NCBI GenBank assembly: GCA_964393515.1
Contig: CAYMTY010000007.1
Location: 15,710 to 79,709, forward strand
DNA: 64,000 bases
Origin: an uncultured Verrucomicrobiota bacterium
GTDB lineage: Bacteria; Verrucomicrobiota; Kiritimatiellia; CAIQIC01; Lenti-01
Direction: 5' to 3'
In this document: positions 35,901 to 44,059 of the stretch, one piece after another
How positions within the stretch are numbered: the first letter of the stretch is position 1
Layout: each line of letters opens with the position of its first letter
Position numbers and translations under genes: made by a program
Notes under the pieces: generated by a model
The model's database searches: none
Told to the model about the DNA's origin: nothing
The model's input: only the letters and a program-made list of their open reading frames with translations

Positions 35901-38900
35901 CGTTGCGGAATACGACCCGCCACCGAGTCTTGCGGAATTTCCAGACAGCGTGCAGTTGTTCAACAAACCGATACACACGCCTCCACCAGAGTATGCCGTA
36001 TTGCCGGAAATCGTGCAGTTGTTCATCATGCTGTCATATGCTCCACCGCCGGATCCTGCTGAATTGCCGGTCAACGTACAGTTGTCTAGCAAGCCGTTAT
36101 AAGCACCCCCGCCCGAAGATTGGGCGGAATTGCCGAGCAATGTGCAGTTGGCCAGCGTGCTATAGTATGCTCCCCCACCGTAGGTTCTGGCCGTGTTGCC
36201 GGCCAGAGTGCAATTATGGAGAGTACCGCCGACCGTACCGCCGCCGGATACATAGGCCGAATTGCCCGTCAGCGTACAGTTGCTCAGTATTCCAAAAGCC
36301 TCGCACCAAGCGCCGCCGCCGCATCGTTCGCGAACCTCGTCGCCTCCCGCCCGGGTTGCACCATTGGTCAGCGTGAAGCCCGAGAGTACCGCGTTGGTCC
36401 CGACATAGACGCAACGCACGGCCGTATTGCCATTGGTTTGGCCCGGATGCCAAGCGCCCTGGATGATCGTCGCGGCCGGCCCGTTGACGCTGCGCACCGT
36501 GACGGGCTTGGAAAGCGCCACGCGGTTGGTCATGCTGCCAAAGACTACCCGTCCCCCCGTGGCATACACCCCGTTGCTGACGAGGATCAAGGCGCCTGGC
36601 TGCGAGGCCGCATCCACCGCATCCTGGATGTTTGTCGCCGCCGTGGACCATGACGCGAACGGCGAGGAAGGCGTCGCATTTGCAATGTTCACATAATGGA
36701 CCGCCTGCGCTGCCACCTGCACCATCACCGTGGCTGCAACACCAAGAGGATAGGTCTCGTTGTAGGCCCTGAGCACAACGGCATAGGTTCCGGCCGTGGA
36801 AAAGGCATGGGTGGCATGGGGCTGATTGCTGGAGATCGTGCCGTCTCCCCATTGCCAAGCACTTGCCGTCGCCCGCCCGGAGATATCCGCCCGGAACTGC
36901 ACTGGAAAGCCCACGGCCACGTTGGTGGGAAACGCCCAAGCGCTGACGCTCAAGGCCCCCGTGATCGAACCGGCATAGACTTCATCGCATCCCATGGCGG
37001 GGGGACTGCGCCACGATTGGCCGTCGATATCGAATCCTGTCGCATACGAAGTGGATCCCTTGCCAATACACGGCGAATCAGCGGCCAGATGGGTGGCGCT
37101 CGCCAGGCGGGGCTCGTTGGTAATGTTGCCTGTCCCGCCCAGAGGTGCTGGAGTTATGCAACTATATTGCGGATCGCAACTGTAATTTGCAGAGACCGGA
37201 GCCGTGTTGTAATATGCGATACTGTTCAACAGACTACCATCGGAGGAGCCGCCGCCGGAAGAACCGGCCGAATTGCCCGTTAAAGTGCAGTTATACAGGA
37301 GGCTCTGATATGCACCCCCTCCCGTGTTGGCCGAATTGCCGGACACCATGCAATTCGTCATGCCACCACGAAACATGCCGCCGCCATTGTTGCTGGCCGT
37401 ATTGCCGATGAATGAACAATTTTTAGCGGCACCTTCGTATGCGCCGCCGCCATCGCTGCGGGCCGAATTGCCCGTCATCGTGCAGTTGCTCAACGTCCCA
37501 TAGTATGAACCACCGCCAGAGCCAGCCGAATTGCTTGTCAGCGTGCAATTCTGCAGCGCGCCATAATACGAGCCGCCACCGCTGTCAGCCGTGTTGCCGG
37601 TCAACGTACTGTCGATTAATACTGCATAATATGATCCGCCGCCGCGATTGCGAGCCGCATTGTCAGACAAGGTACAATTGTTCAGCAGCCCATAGTACGT
37701 GCCGCCGCCATAGTAGTACGCCGCATTTCCGGACAGAACACAATTGGTGATGATTTCGTTGGTGCCCGCACACCAAATGCCGCCGCCGTAGCCGTCGGCG
37801 CCGCTTGTTTCTCGCGTTGCGCCATTGGTCATGGTGAATCCGGAAAGGGTTGCGCCGTTGGTCATCCAGACGCACCGGACGGCGGCATTGCCATTGGTGG
37901 TTTCTGGGACTTGCGCGCCCTGGATGATGGTGACGGCCGGACCATTCACGCTACGAACCGTGATGGTGTTCGTGATCGTCACCCGGTTGGTCAGGGATAC
38001 TCCCGTTGCCGGCCGGCCCCCGGTTCCATAAACGCCATTTGTAACCAAAACCACGGAAGCAGGCAGAGTTGCCGCATCGACGGCATCTTGGATGTTTGTC
38101 GCGGCTTTTCCCCAACTGTCATAGGGCGCCGCCGGAGTCGCGTTGGAACCATTCACGTAATAGATGCCGGTCACGACGCGGACTTGCACGGTCGCTGCCA
38201 CCCCGCCCGGATGGTCGTCGTTCCACGCCCGCAATACAACGGCATACAGGCCCGTTGCGGCCCAGGCATGGCTGACTTCGAAGGATTGATTCGCCAAGAA
38301 TCCGCCGTCCCCGAAGGACCAGAGGTTGGAAACCGGAATTCCTTGGATATTGGCGCTCAACCGGACGGGATAGTTGAGAACCGCGTTTGTTGCGTCAGCG
38401 GCAAGGGCCACCGTCAGCGCCCCCGTCGCCGGCCGGGTGGGTTCATCGCAACCCATCGCAGGCGGAACGAGCCAAGGCTGGCCATCGATATCCACGCCAC
38501 GGGAATAATTCGTTCTCCCGGCTCCGACACAAGGCGAATTGGCGGCGATGTGGGCGGGATTCAGCAACAGAGGGTTGTCGGCGATATTGCCCGTGCCGTT
38601 GGTCGGCATTGGTGTGGAGCAGGAATAGTTGAATGTGCCGCCATCATAATTCGTCCCGCTGGGAGCCATATTGTGATACACGATGCAGTTGCCCAGCGTG
38701 CCACCAGACGAACCGCCGCCCGAATTGGTCGCTGAATTGCCGGTTAAGGTGCAGTTGTTCAGTGTGCCACCGGACGAGCCGCCGCCCGATGAACCGGCCG
38801 AATTCCCAGAGAGCGCACAGTTGTTCAGCGTGCCGTAGTACGAGCCGCCGCCATAGGAACCAGCCGCATTGCCTGTCAATATGCAGTTGGTCAACGCGCC

Positions 38901-41489
38901 ATAATACGCGCCACCGCCGCGGTAAGCCGAATTATCCGTCAAGGTGCAGTTGCTCAATGTACCGCCATACATGCCCCCGCCGTTCCAATAGGCCGTATTG
39001 CTGACCAACGTGCAATTGTTCAGAGTGCCGTAATAGGCCCCGCCGCCCTCGCCTGCGTAAGTACCGGTTACCGAATTTCTGGTCAGCGTGCAGTTGTCCA
39101 GCGTGCCATAATATGAGCCGCCGCCGTAGGAAGCCGTATTGCTGGCTACCGTGCAGTTGCTCAACGCGCCATAGCATGCGCCGCCGCCTAAGGAAGCCGA
39201 GTTGCTGGCCAGCGTGCAGTTGTTCAGCCGACTAGTATATGCACCGCCGCCGCTGCCGTATTGGGCCGAATTGCCGGCCACCGTGCAGTTGTTGAGCGTG
39301 CCGCCGAACACCCCGCCGCCGTTGGTGGAGGCCCGGTTGCCGATCAAGGTGCAATTGTTCAGCAAGCCCGTGTAGGCGCCGCCCCCGTGGGCCCGGGCCC
39401 AGTTGCCGGTCATTGAACAATCTACCAACATGCCATTATTCGCTCCGCCGCCATAATAGGCCGCATTGCCGGAAAGCACACAGTTTGATATCGAAGCATT
39501 CGTGGTTGAACACCATATTCCGCCACCCTTTCCATCCTCGCTCCAATAGCTATTGAGGGTGGCACCGTTGGTCAGGGTGAATCCCGCCAAGGAGGCGCCG
39601 TCGGTCATCCAGACACAACGCACCGCGCCATTGCCGTTGGTGGTCAGCGGATCTTTTGCGCCTTGGATGAAGGTGACGTTCGGCCCATTCACGCTGCGCA
39701 CCCTTATGGCATTGGTGATTGCCACCCGGTTGGTCAGCGGCATCCCCGGCGCCTTCCGCCCCCCGGTCGCATAGATGCCATTGGTTACCAAAACCAGGGA
39801 TCCCGATATGGTCGCGGCATCCACCGCGTCTTGGATGTTCGTGGCGGCGGTCGCCCAGTTGGTGTAGGGATGCGCCGGCGCGGGACTGTCCAGCCTTACG
39901 TAATGAATTCCCCCCTGCACGGTCAACGTGGCCACTGCAGATGTCACGGCTCCATACGCATTGCTGACCACGCACCGATATCCGCCGGCATCGGATGGCA
40001 CCAACTCAGATATTCCATGCCCGCTATTGGTGGCACTCGGGATGAGAGCGGCGTCTTTTTGCCATTGATAATACAACGGAGCAGGACCTCCGGCGACAAC
40101 GCGAAAGGATACGGAGGCCCCGGCAATGTTGGTTTGGGAAACAGGATGAACGCCGATCGCTGGCGGCACCATCCGGACATACAGGCTGTTAACCGATGCG
40201 GTTCGCCCGGTAGCAATGGATACTTCCTGGTCAGTTGGGGCCAGAAACCCGGCAACCGTGCTGCAAGTGACGGTATGGATGCCCACCGACAGCCCCGAAA
40301 GGTAGGTTCCGCTGCTCCGCCAAGACCCGCCATCCACGCGCCACTGCGCGCCGGCATCGACGGCCTCGGATGGATAGAGCGTGACCCGCAGCCCGGCTGC
40401 AGTTCCCGGGTGCTCATAGGCCCCCATGTCCACCGAGCTATTGACAATCCGCGGATTATCCTCCAAGTCGCGGTCCACGGTCACATCGTTGGTACGCCCT
40501 GCATCGATGCAAGGAGAGGCACTGGCCAAATGATAGTTTCCCGTGGCGGGAGTCACGAACTGCGGATGGTCGGAAATGTTGCCCGCACCGTCGGGTTGGG
40601 GCGCTGCGCAGGTATAAGTGAAAGCACCTCCCGTCCAATTCTGGACAGCATCCCCCGCCATGTTCAGTTGGATGATCGAATTGACAAACTCCGTCGCTGC
40701 AGAAACCACATACACCCCGCCGCCATCCGCAATCCCATTGCCGGGCAATGGGCTCCCCCAACCCGCCCCGCCAGATCCGCCCACGCCCACGGCGCGGTTG
40801 CTGGAAATCGTGGAGTTTTCCACGTGAAGCTGTCCCGCGGCATAGAGCCCGCCGCCCTGGCCATAGCCATCGCCGCCTGGCCCCATATATCCCATACATG
40901 GATCATAAAGGCCATTCCCGCCCTCGCCATAGGCGACATTGGCATAAATCAAGCAGTTGCGGATCGTGAGATTGCTCGTCGCATAGATTCCCGCACCCTG
41001 TCCGTACCCAGCGCCGCCTCCGTCATATCCCAATCCCTCGACACGGTTACTGAAAATGATGCAGGAATCGATCAGTGCTGCGCGGTTGGCATAAATACCG
41101 CCACCGCGTGAAATGCCCGGTGTGCCATATGCGGTTGTAACGCACGAGCGGATGGTGAATCCCTCCACCCGCGCGTTGGTGTGGTCCAGATACAGCCCCC
41201 GAACCAATCCACTCCCATTCAGGACCGCAGCCCGAGGGCCGCCCAAGCTCTTCAGCGTGATTCCATTGGTGATGTTGATCGTTGTCGGCAACAGATATGT
41301 TCCATCTCCGACCAACACGACATCCCCGTTGGTGGCGACATCCACCGCCGATTGAATGTTGGTGGCCGCAATCCAAGAGTTGGTGAAGGGGGCAACATGC
41401 TGTCCGTTGGTGGCGACATAAATGGTTCTTGCCGAGCCTGATAGTGCAATTCCCGCCGCGATCATCAGCGCCAAGGCTGTTCTCTTCAT
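29970..41489 (-). CDS. Giant (3839 aa) secreted beta-helix/PKD repeat surface protein
   Basis: Signal peptide; seven modules starting ...AATNIQ(D/S)A(V/I)D; ~22-aa rungs NNCTLTGNSA..GGG.Y.GTL; SPCI..G and VDMGAYE (choice-of-anchor-Q-like); Ig domain (YQWQKD...YRCVVSN); five PKD-like domains; ends NRFLRLKVTRP. Confidence 0.9.
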   Translation of the reverse strand: MKRTALALMIAAGIALSGSARTIYVATNGQHVAPFTNSWIAATNIQSAVDVATNGDVVLVGDGTYLLPTTINITNGITLKSLGGPRAAVLNGSGLVRGLYLDHTNARVEGFTIRSCVTTAYGTPGISRGGGIYANRAALIDSCIIFSNRVEGLGYDGGGAGYGQGAGIYATSNLTIRNCLIYANVAYGEGGNGLYDPCMGYMGPGGDGYGQGGGLYAAGQLHVENSTISSNRAVGVGGSGGAGWGSPLPGNGIADGGGVYVVSAATEFVNSIIQLNMAGDAVQNWTGGAFTYTCAAPQPDGAGNISDHPQFVTPATGNYHLASASPCIDAGRTNDVTVDRDLEDNPRIVNSSVDMGAYEHPGTAAGLRVTLYPSEAVDAGAQWRVDGGSWRSSGTYLSGLSVGIHTVTCSTVAGFLAPTDQEVSIATGRTASVNSLYVRMVPPAIGVHPVSQTNIAGASVSFRVVAGGPAPLYYQWQKDAALIPSATNSGHGISELVPSDAGGYRCVVSNAYGAVTSAVATLTVQGGIHYVRLDSPAPAHPYTNWATAATNIQDAVDAATISGSLVLVTNGIYATGGRKAPGMPLTNRVAITNAIRVRSVNGPNVTFIQGAKDPLTTNGNGAVRCVWMTDGASLAGFTLTNGATLNSYWSEDGKGGGIWCSTTNASISNCVLSGNAAYYGGGANNGMLVDCSMTGNWARAHGGGAYTGLLNNCTLIGNRASTNGGGVFGGTLNNCTVAGNSAQYGSGGGAYTSRLNNCTLASNSASLGGGACYGALSNCTVASNTASYGGGSYYGTLDNCTLTRNSVTGTYAGEGGGAYYGTLNNCTLVSNTAYWNGGGMYGGTLSNCTLTDNSAYRGGGAYYGALTNCILTGNAAGSYGGGSYYGTLNNCALSGNSAGSSGGGSSGGTLNNCTLTGNSATNSGGGSSGGTLGNCIVYHNMAPSGTNYDGGTFNYSCSTPMPTNGTGNIADNPLLLNPAHIAANSPCVGAGRTNYSRGVDIDGQPWLVPPAMGCDEPTRPATGALTVALAADATNAVLNYPVRLSANIQGIPVSNLWSFGDGGFLANQSFEVSHAWAATGLYAVVLRAWNDDHPGGVAATVQVRVVTGIYYVNGSNATPAAPYDSWGKAATNIQDAVDAATLPASVVLVTNGVYGTGGRPATGVSLTNRVTITNTITVRSVNGPAVTIIQGAQVPETTNGNAAVRCVWMTNGATLSGFTMTNGATRETSGADGYGGGIWCAGTNEIITNCVLSGNAAYYYGGGTYYGLLNNCTLSDNAARNRGGGSYYAVLIDSTLTGNTADSGGGSYYGALQNCTLTSNSAGSGGGSYYGTLSNCTMTGNSARSDGGGAYEGAAKNCSFIGNTASNNGGGMFRGGMTNCMVSGNSANTGGGAYQSLLYNCTLTGNSAGSSGGGSSDGSLLNSIAYYNTAPVSANYSCDPQYSCITPAPLGGTGNITNEPRLASATHLAADSPCIGKGSTSYATGFDIDGQSWRSPPAMGCDEVYAGSITGALSVSAWAFPTNVAVGFPVQFRADISGRATASAWQWGDGTISSNQPHATHAFSTAGTYAVVLRAYNETYPLGVAATVMVQVAAQAVHYVNIANATPSSPFASWSTAATNIQDAVDAASQPGALILVSNGVYATGGRVVFGSMTNRVALSKPVTVRSVNGPAATIIQGAWHPGQTNGNTAVRCVYVGTNAVLSGFTLTNGATRAGGDEVRERCGGGAWCEAFGILSNCTLTGNSAYVSGGGTVGGTLHNCTLAGNTARTYGGGAYYSTLANCTLLGNSAQSSGGGAYNGLLDNCTLTGNSAGSGGGAYDSMMNNCTISGNTAYSGGGVCIGLLNNCTLSGNSARLGGGSYSATLGNCALLNNSATNSGGGSYYGTLNNCTLTGNSAATNGGGVFQSTLRNCALAGNAAQYGGGSYQGTLINCTLGGNRANQGGGSYDGTLTNCIVYHNQAQEGPNYSGSILGYSCATPAYSGRPGNITADPRLASASHLLADSPCIGAGNRTNAAGTDIDGEAWLNPPSMGCDEVHAGSITGALGVSIWAAPTNVAVGFPIQFRADVTGRPTGTVWQWGDGAAVSSNQPFTTHAYATAGTYAVVLRAYNATYPLGVAATVTVQVAAQAVHYVDIGNAAPSAPFATWATAATNIQDAVDAASQPGALILVSNGIYATGGRVVHGGLTNRVVITNAIVVRSVNGPGATIIQGAWHPITTNGNAAVRCAVVGDNAMLSGFTLTNGATALNIYYGDWPECDGGGAWCEASGVLSNCVISGNSAYRYGGGACYGTLNNCTLVGNSASYGGGAYYSTLNNCSISANSAPNNYGGGSYYGTLSNCTVTGNSAYLGGGSSHSVMIDCALNDNSAWLGGGIYYGTLDNCALTGNSATSAGGGACDSTLSNCTLTANVATNGGGSYYGTLTDCILAGNSATNGGGSYAGTLNNCLLTNNSARLSGGGSYTGRLNNCTISGNLAAYSGGGAYNGILSNCTISGNAAGAFGGGSYYGALSNCTISGNAAGSGGGVYYGSPNNCAIFGNTAATNGGGSYFGTLKNCTLTGNLAGDNGGGSYYGTLQNSIAYYNTALNGPNYMGGSFNYSCATPAPGGTGNIANEPRLASASHLAIGSPCIGAGHSTNAVGTDIDGEAWQNPPSMGCDEIVAGSVTGTLSVGIWAALTNAAVGFPVQFRANIAGRTTASAWQWGDGSAVASNQPYVSHAFATAGTYAVVLRAYNETYPLGVAATVTVQVAAQAVHYVNIGNVTPSSPFTSWTTAATNIQDAIDATLQPGALVLVSNGVYATGGRVVHGSMTNRVAISKPVMVRSVNGPGATIIQGARHPGATNGNAAVRCVYLGTNALLSGFTLTNGATRASGDILREQSGGGVWCEVYGAVSNCIVAGNAASSAGGGVFNGMLDNCMVAGNLAATNGGGVAYSTLNNCTLSGNSTYSNYASGGGAYYGTLNNCTISGNSANGYSSSGGGTYYGTLNNCTLTGNSATNGNGGGSSYGTLQNCRLNGNSAGLAGGGANNGTLNNCTITGNSAAQGGGSYYGTLNNCAIFGNSASTNGGGSYNGTLNNCTISGNSASYTGGGSYSGTRNNCIVYFNTAGDNPNFSGGTFNYTCTTPAPSGGAGNITNEPVLASPSHLATNSPCIGAGSSANTTGTDIDGEAWRNPPSMGCDEVHAGAITGALSVSIWAVPTNAAVGFPIQFRADIIGRTTRSTWHWAGGSAVASNQPFVAHAFVSAGTYAVVLRAYNETHPSGVAATVTVQVATQSVHYVNIGNATPSSPFTSWATAATNIQDAVDAASQPGALVLVSNGVYATGGRVVQGALTNRVAITKPILVRSVNGPGATIIRGARHPGETNGNAAVRCVYVGTNAVLSGFTLTNGATRAVYEPNYDSSGGGAWCEASGMLSNCTLVGNAAYRYGGGSSYGTLQNCSLTGNRSDYGGGSYGGTLNNCTLTGNSAYGNNSYGGGTYYATLNNCMLVGNSSYHGGGVASSTLNNCTLTNNTARYGGGANSGTLNNCIVADNLSSNIGGGSYYGTLSSCRLTGNSAFNSGGGAYDSTLNNSLLVGNTALTNGGGSSYGTLNNCTLTDNVAGGSGGGSFTGRLNNCIVYFNTAPTGANYQASWLVSSCTTPDPGGTRNITNNPLFVNTGAGNYRLSTNSPCLDQGTNVYVNGTTDLDGNPRIVNSTVDMGAYEYQGEGSAPAGYWAWASRITNGLSNYTDCATGDGYPNLLKYATGSSPTNTDDIARVSGTRSNGLPVLVFHRNTDVDDATLIVQGAHAISNGTIWSGLATNINGSWGGASNVTESGSGNPVTCYVQDVLPLLSNRFLRLKVTRP

Positions 41490-43333
41490 TTGTCTTTCTC
41501 CTCTATCGCGGGAGCGCCCAAAGCAACCAGATCCCGACGAATCAATTCTGACATTTGTTCAGAATTTGACAGTACCATTGCCTGCCGGTAGGAAGCAATG
41601 GCCTCCTCCGTCAGATTACGTTCTCGTTCGGCCAGCGCCTTCTGGAACCACAACCCGAAATCCATAGGGAAACGCGCCAACCCCTGGCCGAGGGTGGCAA
41701 AAGCCTCTCGGGCTTTACCGCAGGCAAATTGGGCTTGAACCAATGAATGAAAGGCGGGGATAAAGCAGGGATTCAGACGCAGCGTACGGTTCAGAAGCGA
41801 TTCGGCGGCTTCGCAATCGGCGGCGACAGACGTGGTGGCCCCGGAGTGCAGGGATAGGGATCTGGATTGAATCCAAGGTGCCCTCCAGTCACGGATGGGA
41901 TTCAGGGAAATCCAGCGGTGTTTCAGCCCGCCCGGATGCAGTTCCACGGCCGGTTTCCTTCTCAAGGCAGATTCCATGATGGAATTATTTGCCCATAGCG
42001 AGAAACCTCCCATCGCACAACAAGCCAGTATAATCCCCAGCGCGAGCGTGGCTGGCGTCCTGTCCTGCTCGCAGGGGGCTTGGTTCGCGCATGGGCGCAA
42101 GCCCCGGCAGGCAACCCCCAACAATACCGCCAGAACCACCACATTAGCCGGAACGTGCAGGGTGAAATCAAAAACCGATTGCGCCAGCATGCCTCCGGCG
42201 GAAGCGGTGCTCGCTGCGAGCAGCGCTCGCCCCCTGCGGCTCGTTGCGCGAACCCCCCGGCGCCCAGCAAGGAAGACCAGCCCGCAAACCGCGATGCCCC
42301 CAATCAGTCCGGATTGCGTGAGCAATTCCAGAAAATCATTGTGGGCATGCGTTCGCTTGAGCGGGGCGGCGGAAAGATGGCGGTCGTAAGCTGGATAGAT
42401 CCAGGCATAGGAGCCCGGGCCCCAACCCCACAAGGGCTTGGCGCGAATCATGTCGATGGTTGCCGGCCATAGCTGGGTCAGCCGGTCATCGCGGGCCCAC
42501 GCCCCCATTCGATGCGTTAAGTGGCGCTTGGAAGCCTCCCCCATCAAACACCATGCGCTGATTGTGCAAACAAGCAACCCGGTGGCGAGCCCCAGCCATA
42601 CCCGTTTCCCCGGCCTTCTGAAAATGAACCATATGGCCAAGGCGCAACACAGACCGATCAGTCCTGAACGGGACTGAGTAAACATGATGGCGATGAATCC
42701 AAGACCCAGGGGGAGCCCATAGACGGCGAACCGCCATCGCCCGTAGGACGGAGTGGACAATGCCGTAAGGAGAAATGGAGACACGATCACGATCAAATTG
42801 GCCAAGTGATTGGGGTTGTAATAAACCGATCCCGGGCGATGCAGGTAATCCGCGTTTTCGGGGATTCCAAACATCCGCCAGCCCGTGGCTGCCTCCAGAA
42901 AGACATGAACAGACAACAGTCCGATCATGATTGAGAAAACGAACAGAATTCGGCCGGGATGCATCTGTTTCAGGCATGAAGCCGCAATCAGGAAAGTAAG
43001 CAGGTAAACCGCCCAAGCCCAGACTTCCTCGATGGCGCTGATGAAAACGATGGCACTGAAACATTGAATGAATGCGATCGCCCACGCGACCAACAGCGGC
43101 ACGGCTATGGAACGGCGGGGAAGGTTGCAGGTCTCGCCGGTTCGCTGCTGAAAGAAAATCCAGAAACTGGCGGTTATCAGAAAACCGACGCTAACCAGAG
43201 TGAAATGGGCAGAATTCATGCCCCCGCGCAAAACGACCAGAATCAACGCGTAAGCCAAAAGAAGATAGAAGACGACTGTTTTCCGATGTGGCCGCTGATC
43301 TGGTTCACAAGCGCTTACAACAGCACCATTCAT
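41486..43333 (-). CDS. O-antigen ligase (Wzy_C) family membrane protein with C-terminal TPR-like repeats
   Basis: Multiple TM segments; YYNPNHLAN, FTQSRSGLIG, KPLWGWGPGSY, HAHNDFLELL; helical TPR-like C-terminus. Confidence 0.85.
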   Translation of the reverse strand: MNGAVVSACEPDQRPHRKTVVFYLLLAYALILVVLRGGMNSAHFTLVSVGFLITASFWIFFQQRTGETCNLPRRSIAVPLLVAWAIAFIQCFSAIVFISAIEEVWAWAVYLLTFLIAASCLKQMHPGRILFVFSIMIGLLSVHVFLEAATGWRMFGIPENADYLHRPGSVYYNPNHLANLIVIVSPFLLTALSTPSYGRWRFAVYGLPLGLGFIAIMFTQSRSGLIGLCCALAIWFIFRRPGKRVWLGLATGLLVCTISAWCLMGEASKRHLTHRMGAWARDDRLTQLWPATIDMIRAKPLWGWGPGSYAWIYPAYDRHLSAAPLKRTHAHNDFLELLTQSGLIGGIAVCGLVFLAGRRGVRATSRRGRALLAASTASAGGMLAQSVFDFTLHVPANVVVLAVLLGVACRGLRPCANQAPCEQDRTPATLALGIILACCAMGGFSLWANNSIMESALRRKPAVELHPGGLKHRWISLNPIRDWRAPWIQSRSLSLHSGATTSVAADCEAAESLLNRTLRLNPCFIPAFHSLVQAQFACGKAREAFATLGQGLARFPMDFGLWFQKALAERERNLTEEAIASYRQAMVLSNSEQMSELIRRDLVALGAPAIEEKDK

Positions 43334-43426
43334 ACATGGATTATCTTCATGTTGCAGCTAGGGATCAACAAGATTATGCGCCACATGATGATGCGGCAAG
43401 TCCTTGCTCCGTACGGACGATGACGA

Positions 43427-44050
43427 TTAAATTTGGGAGTCGCGCGGGAATTCCGCGGCGCCGGCGGCGATCAGGGCGCCCCATTTTTCCCTGGCCAGCG
43501 CCAAGGCCCGGCCCCGGTGGCTCAAGGCGTGCTTCTCGGCGCCGTCCATCTCGGCGAAGGTCCGGTCATGGCCTTCCGGCACGAACAGCGGATCGTAGCC
43601 GAAGCCCTTGGCCCCGCGCAGTTCCGCCACGATGCGCCCCGGGCACGCGCCGGACACCGTCTCGGCGCGGCCGGAGGGATCACTCAGGGCCACGACGCAC
43701 CGGAAGCGCGCGGAACGGTCTTTTTTTCCGGCCAGCTCGCGCAGGAGCTTGGCGTTGTTCTTCGCGTGGTTGCCCGGGTCGCCGGCGTAGCGGGCGGAAT
43801 AGACCCCCGGCGCATTGCCGAGCGCGGTCACTTCGAGCCCCGAGTCGTCGGCCAGCGCCCACAGGCCGGTCGCCTGCGCCAGTTCCGTCGCTTTCTTGAG
43901 GGCGTTGCCCTCGAAGGTGTCCCGGTCCTCCTCCACGTCGGGCAGTCCGGGGAATTCCGCGGTGGAGACCCACTCCACGCCGGGCAGGTCGAAGATCTCC
44001 CGGATTTCCTGGATCTTGTGGGCGTTGCGCGAGGCGATCAGGAGCTTCAT
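43427..44050 (-). CDS. rdgB: Non-canonical purine NTP pyrophosphatase
   Basis: ASRNAHK, NALKKA, ADDSGL, PGVYSARY, GFGYDPLF, KHALSHRG. Confidence 0.96.
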   Translation of the reverse strand: MKLLIASRNAHKIQEIREIFDLPGVEWVSTAEFPGLPDVEEDRDTFEGNALKKATELAQATGLWALADDSGLEVTALGNAPGVYSARYAGDPGNHAKNNAKLLRELAGKKDRSARFRCVVALSDPSGRAETVSGACPGRIVAELRGAKGFGYDPLFVPEGHDRTFAEMDGAEKHALSHRGRALALAREKWGALIAAGAAEFPRDSQI

Positions 44051-44059
44051 GGAATCTTT

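Noticed and set aside
30400-39700. ~66-nt periodic repeats (e.g. GTGCAGTTGTTCAGCGTGCC) resembling a CRISPR repeat-spacer period
   Set aside because: They lie in frame in one 3839-aa ORF, vary at synonymous positions and encode 22-aa beta-helix rungs. No cas genes are present.
29970-41489. Giant gene as a diversity-generating retroelement target
   Set aside because: No reverse transcriptase gene and no adenine-specific TR/VR pair was seen.
30125-41667. Dozens of short plus-strand and off-frame ORFs across the giant gene
   Set aside because: Antisense or frame shadows of the repetitive CDS with no coherent protein features.
29944-43426. Giant-protein block as an integrative mobile element
   Set aside because: No integrase, transposase, tRNA target or flanking direct repeat was found; only the compositional difference supports foreign origin.
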